64,000 nt of DNA from Methylophagaceae bacterium (GCA_965250845.1 OZ252593.1:1001916-1065915), one strand, 5' to 3'; counted from the stretch's first letter, positions 9,593 through 23,174 are shown. Notes: generated by a model from the letters alone, not told the origin. Numbers and translations are program-made.

Positions 9593-10599
9593 ACCTAAGT
9601 AACCTGAGATCTGGTTAAGAAACAGTCATCATACTAAATTCTTCGCTAGTAATTTTTAATGATGGCTTGTTCTCTTTAAGTGAGTAAGCGATAAGCCCAG
9701 CAATGATGTTCAGCATAAATCCATGCACACTACGATGCCTAGAATGCTCAACTTGAGTAATATTTTTAAGCTGATCGTTGATGGTTTCAATGATAAATCG
9801 CCTAGAAAGCATTGCTTTATCCCATGCAGAGAGTAATTTTGCTTTCATATTCTTCTTAACGTTAGTCACTAACTCAACCCCTTTATCGAACAAGTCACTA
9901 GACAATGCTTTACTGATATAGCCCTTATCAGCATATAATTTCCCTATCACGTCTTTAGCTAATTCAGGCACAGGTTTTCTGTCATCAACATTAGCAGGTG
10001 TGATTTTAGCTGCCAGAATATCACCGACATGATTGACAATAATGTGTAACTTAAATCCATAAAACCAGCCCATTGTTCCTTTGCCTCTTTTGGCTATTCC
10101 AGCAAACGTTTTATGCCGTTCAATACGAAGGTTATGGCAGACCTTTATACTGGTCGAATCAACAAAGCTAATACCCGTTGGCTTTCCTTTAACATGTGTG
10201 AAGTAAGCACACAAAGGCGTTAACGCCTTTGGCATCACGGCTAAGAATCGAGTATAACTGAGTAATTCTGGAAAATAGCTCTTATAAAACCTAGCAACAA
10301 GTCCTGTATAATAGTTTTTGAAATCACGTTGGTTTGATGAGTGAAATCCTATAATAATGGTCATTATTTCACTCATTGCCATTCGACCTTCTCTGTTTCG
10401 TTTTCGAGTACCATCTGCTAGAAGTTGTGCTTCCCACTGCGGCATAAATACCTTACAAAAATCATCGACATCACAGAATATGTCTGTTAATTTGTTCATA
10501 GGCCTGTTTTCCTTTCATCAAAATCTTTGTCGTAAAAGATCTGATCGGTTAACAGGCTTTTAGTTCCCATTTCTTAAACAGGATTCAGGTTAAGTAGGT
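9593..10599 (-). mobile_element. IS982-family insertion sequence (~1.0 kb)
   Basis: Imperfect ~30-bp terminal inverted repeats ACCTAAGTAACCTGAGATCTGGTTAAGAAA (9593-) and ACCTACTTAACCTGAATCCTGTTTAAGAAA (reverse complement ending at 10599) bracket a single DDE transposase gene. Target duplication not resolved. Confidence 0.8.
9615..10499 (-). CDS. IS982-family DDE transposase
   Basis: 294 aa; N-terminal DDFCK block and VDSTSIKVC...ADKGY...RFIIETINDQLKN blocks typical of IS982/IS4-like DDE transposases. Confidence 0.85.
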   Translation of the reverse strand: MNKLTDIFCDVDDFCKVFMPQWEAQLLADGTRKRNREGRMAMSEIMTIIIGFHSSNQRDFKNYYTGLVARFYKSYFPELLSYTRFLAVMPKALTPLCAYFTHVKGKPTGISFVDSTSIKVCHNLRIERHKTFAGIAKRGKGTMGWFYGFKLHIIVNHVGDILAAKITPANVDDRKPVPELAKDVIGKLYADKGYISKALSSDLFDKGVELVTNVKKNMKAKLLSAWDKAMLSRRFIIETINDQLKNITQVEHSRHRSVHGFMLNIIAGLIAYSLKENKPSLKITSEEFSMMTVS

Positions 10600-11028
10600 G
10601 ATGGTTAAGGCGATAATCAACCTTTTTGTAATGGTTTCATTAAAGAGAAAGAAGCCAATGATAGCAACGAGGAAGGGGTAGGTAAAAAGGCTTAACCTTT
10701 CAAGTTGAGCCGTAATTAATTCGAGGCCCATAAGGTCCAGCAGTGATGCTAAATAATAGCCCAAAAAACCGAGCAAAAAGACAGTTCTTAATGTACTAAA
10801 ATTAAAATGAGGATGGCGCGGGCGAGAGTGAAGCAGCCAGACTAAGATTGCACTATAAATGGGTAAAGCTAAAGCCATTCTCAATACTAAAACAGAGTCA
10901 GCATCTAAACCATTTTGGTAAAGAAACTTAATGAAGATAGATTTAAGTGAGAATAATAAAGTGCCACAAATCGCTAGAATAAATCCTAGGGAATGATTTC
11001 TTTGCTGCTCAAGCTCTGATAGGGGCAT
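10600..11028 (-). pseudogene. EamA/DMT transporter, N-terminal fragment
   Basis: First EamA repeat (about 4-5 TM). The listed ORF runs on into the IS inverted repeat, where it meets a stop (ORF 10585-11028). Confidence 0.75.
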
Positions 11029-11036
11029 TTTTTTGA

Positions 11037-11071
11037 ATTACTTTGACTTCAAATTATGAAGTCAAAGTAAT
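11037..11071. repeat. Perfect 15-bp inverted repeat (hairpin) between hemE and the EamA gene
   Basis: ATTACTTTGACTTCA (11037-11051) / TGAAGTCAAAGTAAT (11057-11071), 5-nt loop. No U-tract follows on the transcribed (minus) strand. Confidence 0.6.
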
Positions 11072-11082
11072 TTAGGCTGTGA

Positions 11083-12156
11083 TTAACCTTTTGAATGATA
11101 CGGTTCGCTTAGCTTATGCACTGAATCAACCAATCGTTGCATATTCTCTGGTGCAATGGTTGGGTGGATACCATGACCTAAGTTGAATACGTGACCTGTC
11201 TCACCTTCGCCAAACCCAGCTAATACACTGGCTACTTCTTGTTCAACACGATCAGCAGAAGCATATAATACACAAGGATCCATATTCCCTTGCAACGTTA
11301 CTTTATCGCCAACACGCTGGCGTGCTGTAGCAATATCAGTTGTCCAATCAAGACCAATCGCATCAACACCGGTATCTGCCATCAATTCTAACCATTGACC
11401 GCCACCTTTGGTGAACAAGGTGACTGGAACAATGCGACCATCTGCTTCGCGCGTTAAGCCTGCTATAATTTTTTGCATATAGGCTAATGAGAACTCTTGG
11501 TAATTACCTGTGCTTAGAGCGCCGCCCCAAGTATCAAACAACATGATTGATTGAGCGCCCGCTGCAATTTGAGCATTCAAATAGGCAATAACCGAATCAG
11601 CTAAAACATTAAGCAGTGCATGCATTTGTTCTGGCGCATCAAACATCATGCCTTTAACTTTAGCAAAGTCTTTACTAGAGCCGCCTTCAACCATATAACA
11701 TGCTAATGTCCATGGGCTACCACTAAAGCCAATTAAAGGTACTTTGCCATCAAGTTCACGACGAGTCAGGCGAATAGCATCCATTACATAACCAAGGTTA
11801 TCTTCCATATCTGGAACACCGAGTTTGGCAATGTCAGCAGCGCTACGAATAACGTTGTTAAATTTGGGACCTTCACCAGCAACAAAGTGTAGACCTAGGC
11901 CCATTGCATCAGGAATTGTCAGAATATCCGAGAAGATAATCGCTGCATCTAAGTCAAAACGCTCTAAAGGCTGGAGCGTTACTTCACATGCAAGCTCAGG
12001 CGTTGAACACAAGGTCATAAAGTCACCGGCTTTCGCACGGACTTCACGATATTCAGGTAAATAACGACCTGCTTGACGCATCACCCATACTGGTGTTTTA
12101 TCAACAGGCTGACGTAATAACGCTCTTAAATAACGATCATTTTTTAGTTCTGACAC
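11083..12156 (-). CDS. hemE: Uroporphyrinogen decarboxylase
   Basis: [16 protein letters not shown] signature, 357 aa. Confidence 0.95.
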   Translation of the reverse strand: MSELKNDRYLRALLRQPVDKTPVWVMRQAGRYLPEYREVRAKAGDFMTLCSTPELACEVTLQPLERFDLDAAIIFSDILTIPDAMGLGLHFVAGEGPKFNNVIRSAADIAKLGVPDMEDNLGYVMDAIRLTRRELDGKVPLIGFSGSPWTLACYMVEGGSSKDFAKVKGMMFDAPEQMHALLNVLADSVIAYLNAQIAAGAQSIMLFDTWGGALSTGNYQEFSLAYMQKIIAGLTREADGRIVPVTLFTKGGGQWLELMADTGVDAIGLDWTTDIATARQRVGDKVTLQGNMDPCVLYASADRVEQEVASVLAGFGEGETGHVFNLGHGIHPTIAPENMQRLVDSVHKLSEPYHSKG

Positions 12157-12240
12157 AAAGTTTTCCTTGAATTTAAGTCCAGCAATTATTTTGTTTTAGA
12201 CTAATAGGAAATTACTCCATTTTAGTCAATGACGAGATGA

Positions 12241-12573
12241 TTAATCCCCATCCAATAAAGTATTAATACACTTCTCAAGAGGAGGTAGGTAGTCCTCAAT
12301 CACTTTAACAATCGTTAAAGGATCGATATCACCAAGATAGTTATGCACTAAAATATTTCGAAATCCGCTAATTTCTCGCCAAGGAATATCCGTACAGAGA
12401 CTAGATTTCGTCTCGCTCAATCGCTGTGCGGCTTCAGATAACGTTTGTAGATTACGCAATGTTGCATCATACAAAACCTCATCATCAATAATATTTCCCC
12501 GAGCCTGAATGCGACTGATTTTATCAATGGAGTTCAGAATATGGTAAGCATAAGGCTGCCAATGCTTGGTCAC
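12241..12573 (-). CDS. hepT: HepT (DUF86) nucleotidyltransferase-substrate-binding toxin
   Basis: R-x4-H-x-Y motif (RNILVHNY); 110 aa; 4-nt overlap with the upstream MntA gene. Confidence 0.8.
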   Translation of the reverse strand: MTKHWQPYAYHILNSIDKISRIQARGNIIDDEVLYDATLRNLQTLSEAAQRLSETKSSLCTDIPWREISGFRNILVHNYLGDIDPLTIVKVIEDYLPPLEKCINTLLDGD

Positions 12574-12860
12574 AAGTCACAAGCCTCGCTTAATACTTGC
12601 TCACGAATATAAGGGTTTAATTCGTGCTCAGGAATCAAATCAACAGGCTGTTTAAGTAATTTTTGTAGCTCTTGTGCAAGTGGCATACGCTGACGAAATA
12701 AATCATAACCTCGTGGGAAATCCACTAAAAAATCAATATCACTATCAGCATTATCCTCACCTCTAGCTACTGAACCAAAGACTCGTAAATGACGTGCACC
12801 ATATTGTTTCACCAATAACGCGATTTTTTCTTTTTGTTCAGTAATTTCATCTAAGCGCAT
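12570..12860 (-). CDS. mntA: MntA minimal nucleotidyltransferase antitoxin
   Basis: GSVARGE...DSDIDFLV (G-S-x-x-R-G ... D-x-D) motif; start taken at MRLDEITEQ (ATG 12860). Confidence 0.8.
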   Translation of the reverse strand: MRLDEITEQKEKIALLVKQYGARHLRVFGSVARGEDNADSDIDFLVDFPRGYDLFRQRMPLAQELQKLLKQPVDLIPEHELNPYIREQVLSEACDL

Positions 12861-12952
12861 GAATGCCTCTACAATTGTACTTTTCAATAGTGAAAATAAT
12901 AACATATTCTTTTTATTTCAAACATAGTCTTCACATCCAGTTACAAACCCAT

Positions 12953-13200
12953 TCATCCTTCGACAAGCTCTGGACGAGCGGAATTATATTCCCATTTTAT
13001 CGCGCCCAAAATAAAGTTTATTGGGTGGATTAAGCGGGCGAGTGTTTGAGCGGTAGCGAGTTTTCGCCTGCTCCGCCTAATAACCTTTGGTTTGGGATAA
13101 AAGCGATATCGGGTGCCCTTTTCTTTGGTTCGTTTATTTTGGGCAAACAAAAGAAATGAATGCCCAGCGGCGAGCGACTGATAAATTAAAAGGAAACTTT
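12953..13200. repeat. Non-coding palindrome-rich relic (REP/MITE-like), not a gene
   Basis: GCCCAAAATAAA (about 12996) and TTTATTTTGGGC (about 13133) are inverted. The segment TCGACAAGCTCTGGACGAGCGG gives a junk 'PELVEG'-type translation. No SD or start context for the 65-aa ORF. Confidence 0.35.
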
Positions 13201-13224
13201 TCTTTTAACCCCACATAGATATAT

Positions 13225-13452
13225 TTAGAATGCTGATGTTGTTTTATTACATCTTTCACGAGCAACAGCCTCTGAACTTTTACCTACATTGGGTTTGCTC
13301 AGTAAAGTTGGATATGAACCAATATCCTTAAAGTATGTAATACCCCTATCTACGCATGACTCAACTTTAGAGTCAGAGCCACAGCCTGATAAGCTGATAG
13401 TGATAAGTACAATAATTCCTAAAGATGTAACTTTATTCATATACTTCTCCAA
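13225..13452 (-). CDS. Small lipoprotein, unknown function
   Basis: Signal peptide with lipobox LSGC; 75 aa. Confidence 0.6.
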   Translation of the reverse strand: MEKYMNKVTSLGIIVLITISLSGCGSDSKVESCVDRGITYFKDIGSYPTLLSKPNVGKSSEAVARERCNKTTSAF

Positions 13453-13508
13453 ATTTAAATTAAAGGTTGACCAAGATCCAGCTTCATTATTTGAATGAAG
13501 ATAAATAC

Positions 13509-13784
13509 CTATAAATTATCAGGGCACTTGGAAATGGCATATTCAAGTGCCTTTTTATTCATTGGTTGAGAAGAATGTACAAGCTCCGCCTGCATCTTCA
13601 ATTGACCACGAAAGGCATCTAGATTAGCTTGGTTTGAAGTATTTACAATACGAAAGTGTTCACAAGCCTCCTGAACTAGTTTTTCAATCTTTTTCTCAAC
13701 TTCAGCTCCTTGCTGGGCTTGAACAGCAAGAGAGCGAATTTTATCTACATACTGTTTGATGAGACCTTTTTCATAGCTTTGCAT
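13509..13784 (-). CDS. Hypothetical helical protein (91 aa)
   Basis: Intact ORF in a gap between genes; no motif recognised. Confidence 0.5.
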   Translation of the reverse strand: MQSYEKGLIKQYVDKIRSLAVQAQQGAEVEKKIEKLVQEACEHFRIVNTSNQANLDAFRGQLKMQAELVHSSQPMNKKALEYAISKCPDNL

Positions 13785-13837
13785 ACTATTTCTCCATAAT
13801 TATATCTAAAAGGGTAGCCACCCCTTGATTCTATTTA

Positions 13838-15262
<1,425 letters not shown>

Positions 15263-18200
15263 TTATGCTGCTTTGTTTGCTAGTTCTAGCAAACTATCTA
15301 ATGCGGCTGCTTTTGGTTTCACTAACCAGAACTGTCCCAAACGTTGCTCTAAAGTATCCAGAATCTGATTACCCCATTCACTATTCGTTTCACGGACATG
15401 ATCTTCAATCAATGCTTTGAGATGCAATACATGTTCAGATAGTTCAGCACCATTCATGCGTACCAGTTCAACCAGTTCTGGGTTGTAACGTTGTGAGAAT
15501 GTATCCTCAACATCAAGAACATAAGCAAAACCACCGGTCATACCTGCACCGAAATTCAAACCTGTTTCACCTAATACAGCAACAACACCGCCGGTCATAT
15601 ATTCACAACCGTGATCGCCAATACCTTCAACAACAGTCGTTGCGCCAGAGTTTCGAACAGCAAAACGTTCACCTGCTTGACCTGCAGCGTATAATTCACC
15701 ACCCGTGGCACCATATAAACAGGTGTTACCCATGATGCTTGCTTCTTGCGTTGCAAAATTACTTTCTGGAGAAGGGTAAATAGTTAACTTACCTGCGGCC
15801 ATACCTTTACCAACGTAGTCATTAGCATCACCTTCAAGGCGCATTTCTAAACCACCGGCATTCCAAACACCGAAGCTTTGACCTGCAGAACCGGTCAATT
15901 GCATGCGAATAGGTGCGTCATTCATGCCGTAGTTACCATGATGTCGAGCAATTTCACCTGAAATACGGGCACCGATTGAACGATGAATATTACGCACATC
16001 ATATTTGAAGAAACCACCTGATTTATGGGTAATAGCATCTTGCATATCAACAATCATTTGTTCCGCCAACTCACCTTTATCATAAGGTTCATTTTTAGGT
16101 TCAAGACAGTATTGTGGCTTATCAGCTGCAACACCTGCGGTTGATAATAACGGTGCTAAATCTAATTTGCGTTGTTTATCTGTCGTACCCGGCAAGATTT
16201 CAAGTAAATCAGTTCGGCCAATCAAATCAGCCATTGTGCTTACACCCAAGAGTGCTAACCATTCTTGAGTTTCACGGGCAACAAACTGGAAGTAGTTCAT
16301 CACCATTTGCGGCAAGCCAATAAAGTGGTTGCTGCGTAATACATCATTCTGTGTTGCAACACCGGTTGCACAGTTATTCAAGTGACAGATACGCAAGAAT
16401 TTACACCCTAATGCCACCATTGGGCCTGTACCAAATGCAAAGCTTTCTGCCCCTAGAATACCTGCTTTAATAACGTCTAAACCCGTTTTCAAACCACCAT
16501 CTGTTTGTAGGCGTACTTTGTCACGCAAATCATTAGCACGTAATGCTTGATGCGTTTCACTCAAACCTAACTCCCACGGTCCACCAGCATATTTCACTGA
16601 CGTTAATGGGCTAGCAGCGGTACCACCGTCATAACCAGAGATTGTGATTAAGTCAGCGTAAGCTTTAGCAACACCGGCTGCAATTGTTCCCACACCGGCT
16701 TCAGATACTAGTTTCACTGATACTAATGCATCAGGATTCACTTGTTTTAAATCGAAGATCAGCTGAGCCAAATCTTCAATTGAATAAATATCGTGATGTG
16801 GAGGTGGCGAAATTAAGGTCACACCTGGAACGGAATGACGCAATGTTGCAATCATTTGGTTCACTTTACCACCGGGTAATTGGCCACCTTCACCTGGTTT
16901 TGCACCTTGAGCTACTTTGATCTGCAATACTTCAGCATTAACAAGGTAGTGCGGCGTAACACCAAAACGACCAGAAGCCACTTGTTTGATTTTCGAGACA
17001 CGTTCAGTACCAAAGCGAGCAGGATCTTCACCACCCTCACCAGAGTTTGAACGACCACCTAAGCGGTTCATCGCCGTTGCCATTGCTTCATGAGCTTCAG
17101 GTGATAATGCACCTAAAGACATGCCGGCACTATCAAATCGAGATAAGATGGCACTGACAGGTTCAACATCAGTAAGCTCTAATGCTTTATCAGCAGGTTT
17201 AAGTGCTAATAAATCACGCAACACCATTGCTGGGCGTTCATTTACTAATTTAGCATAGGCTTTATAGTCATTATAACTACCACCTTGAACTGCTTTTTGT
17301 AATGTGGCAATAACGTCAGGGTTGTAGGCATGATACTCATTACCATGAACATATTTTAATAAGCCACCTTGATCACGTTTTTTACGGCTATTCCAAGCCA
17401 GATCAGCAAGTGTTTGTTGGTCTTTATGGATGTCTTCAAAATCAGCACCACTAATACGACTTGTTGTTGCTGTGAAACATTTATTAACAATCGTTTCATT
17501 CAAACCAACAATTTCAAATAGTTGAGCACCACGGTAGCTAGCAATGGTTGAAATACCCATTTTAGATGTGATTTTGAACAAGCCTTTATTGATACCTTTA
17601 CGGTAACGAGCACACACTTCAGGGCGAGTTAGATCTTTAATTTCCTTCGTATTGATCATGTCATTCAATGATGCATAAGCAAGGTAAGGGTAAACCGCAG
17701 TTGCACCATAACCGATTAATACGGCAAAGTGATGAGAATCACGTGCTGTCGCTGTTTCTACAACGATATTGGCATCACAACGTAAGCCTACTTTAATCAA
17801 ACGGTGATGTACTGCACCGGTTGCTAGCAAGGCATGAACAGGTAAGCTACCTGGACCAATATTGCGATCGGTTAAAACAACAATAACGGTACCATTACGC
17901 ACGGCACGCTCAGCTTGTTCAACAATTGAATCAACGGCGGCTTCTAGACCAAAGTCAGCAGCGTAGCTCAGTGAGATAATTGTTGACTTGTAATTGACAT
18001 CATTATCGCCAAGATCTAATAATTTGTGGAAACGACTTTCTGATAATACTGGCGAGTCAACAACGACACGTTCAGCATGATCTTCAGCTTCTTCAAATAA
18101 GTTATGTTCTTGTCCAAAACAAGTTTCCAATGACATCACGATATTTTCACGCAATGGATCAATGGGAGGATTGGTGACTTGGGCAAATTGTTGGCGGAAA

Positions 18201-19747
18201 TAATCAAATAAAGAACGTTCTTTATGAGACATAACAGGGAAAGGGGTGTCATCACCCATTGAACCTGTTGCTTCTTGGCCTACTTCACCTAATACGCGGA
18301 TAACTTGGTCACGTTCTTCAAAGCTAACTTGGAATAATTTCTCGTAGCTAACAAGATCTTCACCTTCAAGTGTCGGGCCGGTTTCATCATCAGCACTGTC
18401 TTCGATACGTTTAAGATTTTTTTCAATCCATTCGCGGTAAGGATGTGCTGTTTTTAATGATTCATTGATATCATCTGGAAGTAATAATTCACCCGTTAAA
18501 GTATCAATGGCTAACATTTGACCTGGTTTTAAGCGACCTTTAGTCACAACATCTTCGGGTTTGTATGGGTAAACACCGACTTCAGATGCAATCGTAATAT
18601 GACGATCTTTAGTGATGATATAACGAGCAGGACGTAAACCATTACGATCTAAAGAACAGGCAGCATAACGGCCATCTGTTAATACAACACCTGCAGGACC
18701 ATCCCATGGTTCCATATGCATAGAGTTATAGTCATAGAACGCTTTTAACTCAGCATCCATTGTATTGTCATTTTGCCATGCAGCAGGTACAAGTAAGCGC
18801 ATTGCACGGAACATGCTAATACCACCCGCCATCATAGCCTCAAGCATATTATCCATGCTTGATGAATCTGAACCTGTGGTATTCACCAATGGACGAATAT
18901 CATCCATATTGTCGATTAGTTTTGTTGCAAACTTAGCACCACGCGCCAAGGCCCAGTTACGGTTACCTTGAATCGTATTAATTTCACCATTGTGAGCTAA
19001 GTAACGGAAAGGTTGAGCTAGCTTCCATTGTGGCCATGTGTTGGTTGAGAAACGTTGGTGGAATACACAAATAGCCGTTTCCATACGTTTATCTTCTAAA
19101 TCTTTATAGAATGTAGGTAGGTACGAAGGCATCACTAAACCTTTGTATGACACTACATGAGCAGACAATGTTGGAATATAGAATGCGTCATCATCGGTAA
19201 TTGCTTTTTCAGATAAACGACGCGCTATATATAAGTGGCGTTCAAATGCTGCCTCATCCATATCGGGACCAGGATTAACAAATACTTGGCGCATGATTGG
19301 AAGTAACGCTAAGGCTGTTTCGCCACAAGCGGCTTCTGCATCAACTGGCACATCACGCCAGCCTAATACTTCAAGGCCTTGCTTGGTTAATTGTTCAGAG
19401 ACAATTGTTTGGTTTGCAGTTGCTTTAGCATCATCTTGCGATAAGAAGACCATACCAACGGCATAGTTATCAGCTAAAGAAAAACCAAGTTCATCTGCAA
19501 TGGCACGGAAAAACCCATCAGGTTTTTTCATTAATAAACCACAACCATCACCGGTTTTACCGTCGGCACCAATAGCGCCACGATGGGTTAGGTTACCTAA
19601 TGCTTCGATAGCTGTTTCAACTAACCAATGACTAGGTTTTCCGTCCATCTGAGCGATAAGACCGAAACCACAATTATCTTTTTCAAATTCAGGTCGATAT
19701 AGACCTTGTTCTAATTCTGTTGGCTGACTCAAGTCACACACCTTCAA
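15263..19747 (-). CDS. gltB: Glutamate synthase large subunit
   Basis: 1494 aa; Ntn-amidotransferase Cys in KDNCGFGLI; FMN and 3Fe-4S domain blocks. Listed start is TTG; the true start is uncertain within the first few codons. Confidence 0.95.
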   Translation of the reverse strand: MKVCDLSQPTELEQGLYRPEFEKDNCGFGLIAQMDGKPSHWLVETAIEALGNLTHRGAIGADGKTGDGCGLLMKKPDGFFRAIADELGFSLADNYAVGMVFLSQDDAKATANQTIVSEQLTKQGLEVLGWRDVPVDAEAACGETALALLPIMRQVFVNPGPDMDEAAFERHLYIARRLSEKAITDDDAFYIPTLSAHVVSYKGLVMPSYLPTFYKDLEDKRMETAICVFHQRFSTNTWPQWKLAQPFRYLAHNGEINTIQGNRNWALARGAKFATKLIDNMDDIRPLVNTTGSDSSSMDNMLEAMMAGGISMFRAMRLLVPAAWQNDNTMDAELKAFYDYNSMHMEPWDGPAGVVLTDGRYAACSLDRNGLRPARYIITKDRHITIASEVGVYPYKPEDVVTKGRLKPGQMLAIDTLTGELLLPDDINESLKTAHPYREWIEKNLKRIEDSADDETGPTLEGEDLVSYEKLFQVSFEERDQVIRVLGEVGQEATGSMGDDTPFPVMSHKERSLFDYFRQQFAQVTNPPIDPLRENIVMSLETCFGQEHNLFEEAEDHAERVVVDSPVLSESRFHKLLDLGDNDVNYKSTIISLSYAADFGLEAAVDSIVEQAERAVRNGTVIVVLTDRNIGPGSLPVHALLATGAVHHRLIKVGLRCDANIVVETATARDSHHFAVLIGYGATAVYPYLAYASLNDMINTKEIKDLTRPEVCARYRKGINKGLFKITSKMGISTIASYRGAQLFEIVGLNETIVNKCFTATTSRISGADFEDIHKDQQTLADLAWNSRKKRDQGGLLKYVHGNEYHAYNPDVIATLQKAVQGGSYNDYKAYAKLVNERPAMVLRDLLALKPADKALELTDVEPVSAILSRFDSAGMSLGALSPEAHEAMATAMNRLGGRSNSGEGGEDPARFGTERVSKIKQVASGRFGVTPHYLVNAEVLQIKVAQGAKPGEGGQLPGGKVNQMIATLRHSVPGVTLISPPPHHDIYSIEDLAQLIFDLKQVNPDALVSVKLVSEAGVGTIAAGVAKAYADLITISGYDGGTAASPLTSVKYAGGPWELGLSETHQALRANDLRDKVRLQTDGGLKTGLDVIKAGILGAESFAFGTGPMVALGCKFLRICHLNNCATGVATQNDVLRSNHFIGLPQMVMNYFQFVARETQEWLALLGVSTMADLIGRTDLLEILPGTTDKQRKLDLAPLLSTAGVAADKPQYCLEPKNEPYDKGELAEQMIVDMQDAITHKSGGFFKYDVRNIHRSIGARISGEIARHHGNYGMNDAPIRMQLTGSAGQSFGVWNAGGLEMRLEGDANDYVGKGMAAGKLTIYPSPESNFATQEASIMGNTCLYGATGGELYAAGQAGERFAVRNSGATTVVEGIGDHGCEYMTGGVVAVLGETGLNFGAGMTGGFAYVLDVEDTFSQRYNPELVELVRMNGAELSEHVLHLKALIEDHVRETNSEWGNQILDTLEQRLGQFWLVKPKAAALDSLLELANKAA

Positions 19748-20003
19748 ATTGATTCGATTAAATTCCAGTAAATAAAACGATACTGGCGCATACCATCTAT
19801 CAGAGACAGTAAAATGGATCTAACATTATAGCGGGTAAAAAGAGTTGCTTCAATCCTCTATAGTATAGGTGACTAAATTTAGGTGCTGATTTAGCATTAT
19901 TGAACGGAATCTGGTATGATTGTTCGTTCCAAGCACGTTCTATATTAAAGGTTTCTTTATCAGAAAATGTCTGAATAAAGGGCTGTAACTCAAGCGGGAG
20001 CCT

Positions 20004-20561
20004 ATGGTTAGTTTAGAAACACCTGTATGTGACTTTGACTTACCGGCAATAGATTTTTCTTTGCCAGGTACGGATGGCAAGATCTGGACACTTGAAGATT
20101 GTCGCGGTGAAAATGGCTTATTAGTCATGTTTATCTGCAATCATTGTCCTTATGTTAAAGCTATTCTTGACCGCCTTGTTCGAGATACCAACGAATTAAA
20201 ACAACTCGGTATTAACACCGTCGCAATCATGTCTAATGATATTGCCGACTATGAAGAAGACTCTTTTGACAATATGAAAAAAGTTGCTCAAGACAATGGT
20301 TTTTCCTTCCCTTATTTGCTTGACGAAACACAACAAACTGCCCAACAATACGGTGCAGTGTGTACCCCCGATTTCTTTGGTTATAACAAAGATCTTCAAT
20401 TGCAGTATCGCGGTCGCTTAGACGCAAGTCGTAAAGAAGCGGCAGCATCGGATGCGCGACGAGATTTATTTGAAGCAATGAAACAGGTTGCTGAGACAGG
20501 CCGTGGCCCACAACAACAAATCCCAAGTATGGGTTGCTCGATCAAATGGCGAGCAGCGTAA
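20004..20561 (+). CDS. Thioredoxin-fold thiol-disulfide oxidoreductase (AhpC/TSA-redoxin-like)
   Basis: C-x-x-C motif in FICNHCPYV; 185 aa. Confidence 0.75.
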   Translation: MVSLETPVCDFDLPAIDFSLPGTDGKIWTLEDCRGENGLLVMFICNHCPYVKAILDRLVRDTNELKQLGINTVAIMSNDIADYEEDSFDNMKKVAQDNGFSFPYLLDETQQTAQQYGAVCTPDFFGYNKDLQLQYRGRLDASRKEAAASDARRDLFEAMKQVAETGRGPQQQIPSMGCSIKWRAA

Positions 20562-20779
20562 TGAGTACTTTGCATAATATGACGATAGTTATCTCCTTAT
20601 ATTGTGCAAAATACTTTGTAAAATTGTATGTGTAACGGCTCAGATTGCCTTTAAAATTTGCCAGTTCAAGGCAGGAAATGTGAACTCACACCGTTGAGTG
20701 ACCATTTCTGAACAAAGAAATGGTGAATTTTAAAAGTTAGCTGAGTTGTTATTAATTTTTATTTAACAGGAGAATATAA

Positions 20780-22765
20780 ATGGCTACACGTAGACATTTA
20801 GCAAATGCTATCCGTGCTCTAACTATGGATGCAGTGCAAAAAGCAAAATCTGGTCATCCAGGTGCACCAATGGGTATGGCGGATATCGCTGAAGTATTGT
20901 GGAATGACCACATGAACCACAACCCAAAAAACCCAAAATGGGCTGATCGCGATCGTTTCGTTTTATCGAATGGTCATGGTTCAATGTTGCTCTACTCATT
21001 GTTACATTTGTCAGGTTACGACTTGCCAATGTCTTCATTGTCTTCTTTCCGTCAGCTTCACTCGCAATGTGCGGGTCACCCTGAATACGGCTATGCTCCA
21101 GGTATCGAAACTACGACTGGTCCTTTAGGTCAAGGTATCACTAACGGTGTTGGTTTTGCGATGGCTGAAAAGTTAATGGCTGATCAATTCAACAAACCTG
21201 GTCATGACATCGTTAACCACAACACTTACGTGTTCTTGGGCGACGGTTGTTTAATGGAAGGTATCTCTCATGAAGCATGTGCACTTGCTGGCACATGGGG
21301 TCTAGGTAACTTGATCGCATTCTGGGATGACAACAATATCTCTATCGATGGTCACATTGATGGTTGGTACACAGATGACACTGTTAAGCGTTTTGAAGCT
21401 TACGGATGGCATGTTGTCTCTGTTGATGGTCACGATGCTGACGTAATCAACAAAGCAATCGAAGAAGCTAAAGCGGTTAAAGACAAGCCTTCAATGATCT
21501 GTTGTAAAACAATCATCGGTTTCGGTTCACCAAACAAATCTGGTACACATGACTGTCATGGTGCTGCATTAGGTGACGAAGAAGTTGCATTAGTTCGTAA
21601 AGAATTAAGCTGGGATTCTGCACCATTTGAAATTCCTGCTGATGTTTACGAAGGTTGGGATGCTAAAGCTTCTGGCGCTTCTAAAGAAGCCGCTTGGGAT
21701 GCTAAATTTGAAGCTTATGCTAAAGAATATCCAGAATTAGCTGCTGAATTTACTCGCCGCATGGCAGGTGACTTACCAGCAAACTGGAAACAAGCAACAG
21801 ATGCGTTTATTGCTGAAACTAACGAAGCAGGCGCTACATTAGCTTCTCGTCAAGCATCACAAAAAACAATCGCTGCTTATGCACCGTTACTACCTGAATT
21901 CTTAGGCGGCTCTGCTGACTTAACAGGTTCTAACTTAACAAGCTGTGATAGCTTCAAACACGTATCAGGTAAAGAGCCTGGTAACTACATCTCTTACGGT
22001 GTACGTGAGTTTGGTATGTACGCAATCATGAACGGTATGTCTTTACACGGTGGTTTAATTCCATTCGGTGGCACATTCCACATGTTCTCTGATTACGCGA
22101 AAAGTGCATTCCGTATGGCTGCATTGATGAAAGTTCGTTCTATCGCTGTTCTTACCCATGACTCTATCGGTCAAGGTGAAGATGGTCCAACTCATCAACC
22201 AATTGAAAACACATCTGCAATGCGTTTCATCCCTAATATGGATGTATGGCGCCCTTCAGATTCAGTTGAAGTTGCTGTTGCATGGACATGTGCTGTTGAA
22301 CGTAAAGATGGTCCTTCAAGCTTAATCTTAAGCCGTCAAGGTATCGCTGGTCGTACACATGATGTTGCTGATTTCGACGGTATGCGTAAAGGTGCTTATG
22401 TTTTAGTAGAAGCTAAAGGCAATGCTGATGTCATCATTATCGCAACAGGTAGCGAAGTTGATTTAGCGGTTAAAGCTGCTGAAGTATTAGCTGCTGACGG
22501 TGTTAATGCACGCGTTGTTTCTATGCCATCTACAAACGTGTTTGATCGTCAAGATCAAGCATATAAAGATAGCGTATTAACACCAGGCGTTAAACGTGTT
22601 TCTGTAGAAGCTGGTGTTACTGACTTCTGGCGCAAATATGTTGGCCTAGAAGGCGGCGTTGTTGGTATCGATACATTTGGTGAATCTGCACCAGGTGGCG
22701 TATTGATGAAACACTTCGGCTTTACAGTTGAAAATGTAGTTAAAGTAGTTAAAGAAACAATCTAG
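20780..22765 (+). CDS. tkt: Transketolase
   Basis: 661 aa; SGHPGAPMG and [16 protein letters not shown] signatures; AGGAG before ATG. Confidence 0.95.
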   Translation: MATRRHLANAIRALTMDAVQKAKSGHPGAPMGMADIAEVLWNDHMNHNPKNPKWADRDRFVLSNGHGSMLLYSLLHLSGYDLPMSSLSSFRQLHSQCAGHPEYGYAPGIETTTGPLGQGITNGVGFAMAEKLMADQFNKPGHDIVNHNTYVFLGDGCLMEGISHEACALAGTWGLGNLIAFWDDNNISIDGHIDGWYTDDTVKRFEAYGWHVVSVDGHDADVINKAIEEAKAVKDKPSMICCKTIIGFGSPNKSGTHDCHGAALGDEEVALVRKELSWDSAPFEIPADVYEGWDAKASGASKEAAWDAKFEAYAKEYPELAAEFTRRMAGDLPANWKQATDAFIAETNEAGATLASRQASQKTIAAYAPLLPEFLGGSADLTGSNLTSCDSFKHVSGKEPGNYISYGVREFGMYAIMNGMSLHGGLIPFGGTFHMFSDYAKSAFRMAALMKVRSIAVLTHDSIGQGEDGPTHQPIENTSAMRFIPNMDVWRPSDSVEVAVAWTCAVERKDGPSSLILSRQGIAGRTHDVADFDGMRKGAYVLVEAKGNADVIIIATGSEVDLAVKAAEVLAADGVNARVVSMPSTNVFDRQDQAYKDSVLTPGVKRVSVEAGVTDFWRKYVGLEGGVVGIDTFGESAPGGVLMKHFGFTVENVVKVVKETI

Positions 22766-22801
22766 TTTCTGAAACACGCTTTATAGCGAAGTAAATATGA
22801 T

Positions 22802-22828
22802 GGTCAGTGGGCATTAAGCTCGCTGGCC
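22802..22828 (+). terminator. Strand-specific hairpin after tkt (weak terminator or stabiliser candidate)
   Basis: GGTCAGTGGGC / GCTCGCTGGCC pair as 11 bp only on the plus-strand RNA (3 G-U pairs), loop ATTAA. The downstream U-tract is poor. Confidence 0.35.
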
Positions 22829-22854
22829 ATTATTACTTTGAGATTTTTCACGAG

Positions 22855-22960
22855 TCGTCTTTTCCGCCATGTCGGCGTTAAAAATAGTCTCAAAATGCTC
22901 ATTTACACATGTAAATTGTGCTTTTTCGACAATTTTTGCCTTGTCCTGACGAAAAATACT
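22855..22960. repeat. Intergenic repeat, family shared with 24241-24340
   Basis: Shared blocks TCTTTT-C, GCGTTA, ATGCTCA and GCCTTGT-CTGA-GAAAAAT with the gap-pgk spacer. Confidence 0.4.
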
Positions 22961-23021
22961 TATCGTGCAAAGAACTCACTTTTTAAAAATACATATACCT
23001 TTAAAAGCTAAGGTTTTTGTT

Positions 23022-23174
23022 TGTCATTCTCGCGCATGCGGGGATCCACTTGGGCTGTTCAAATAGCCACAATCGTTGGGTTCCTATTTTGATTAAGCAT
23101 ATCGTGTGCTTAACTCTGCAAGAGCACCTACGGTGTTAAATGTGTTCTCGGCACATTTTTTATGGGAATGACGG
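23022..23174. repeat. REP/MITE-like element in the tkt-gap spacer
   Basis: Ends TGTCATTCTCGCG / TGGGAATGACGG are inverted. Contains CGCATGCG palindrome and hairpins TTAAGCA/TGCTTAA and AAATGTG/CACATTT. Confidence 0.45.

Noticed and set aside
12953-13150. 65-aa ORF MFAQNKRTKEKGTRY...ARPELVEG
   Set aside because: The translation is characteristic of reading through a palindromic repeat. There is no SD, and it overlaps inverted repeats. Treated as non-coding relic.
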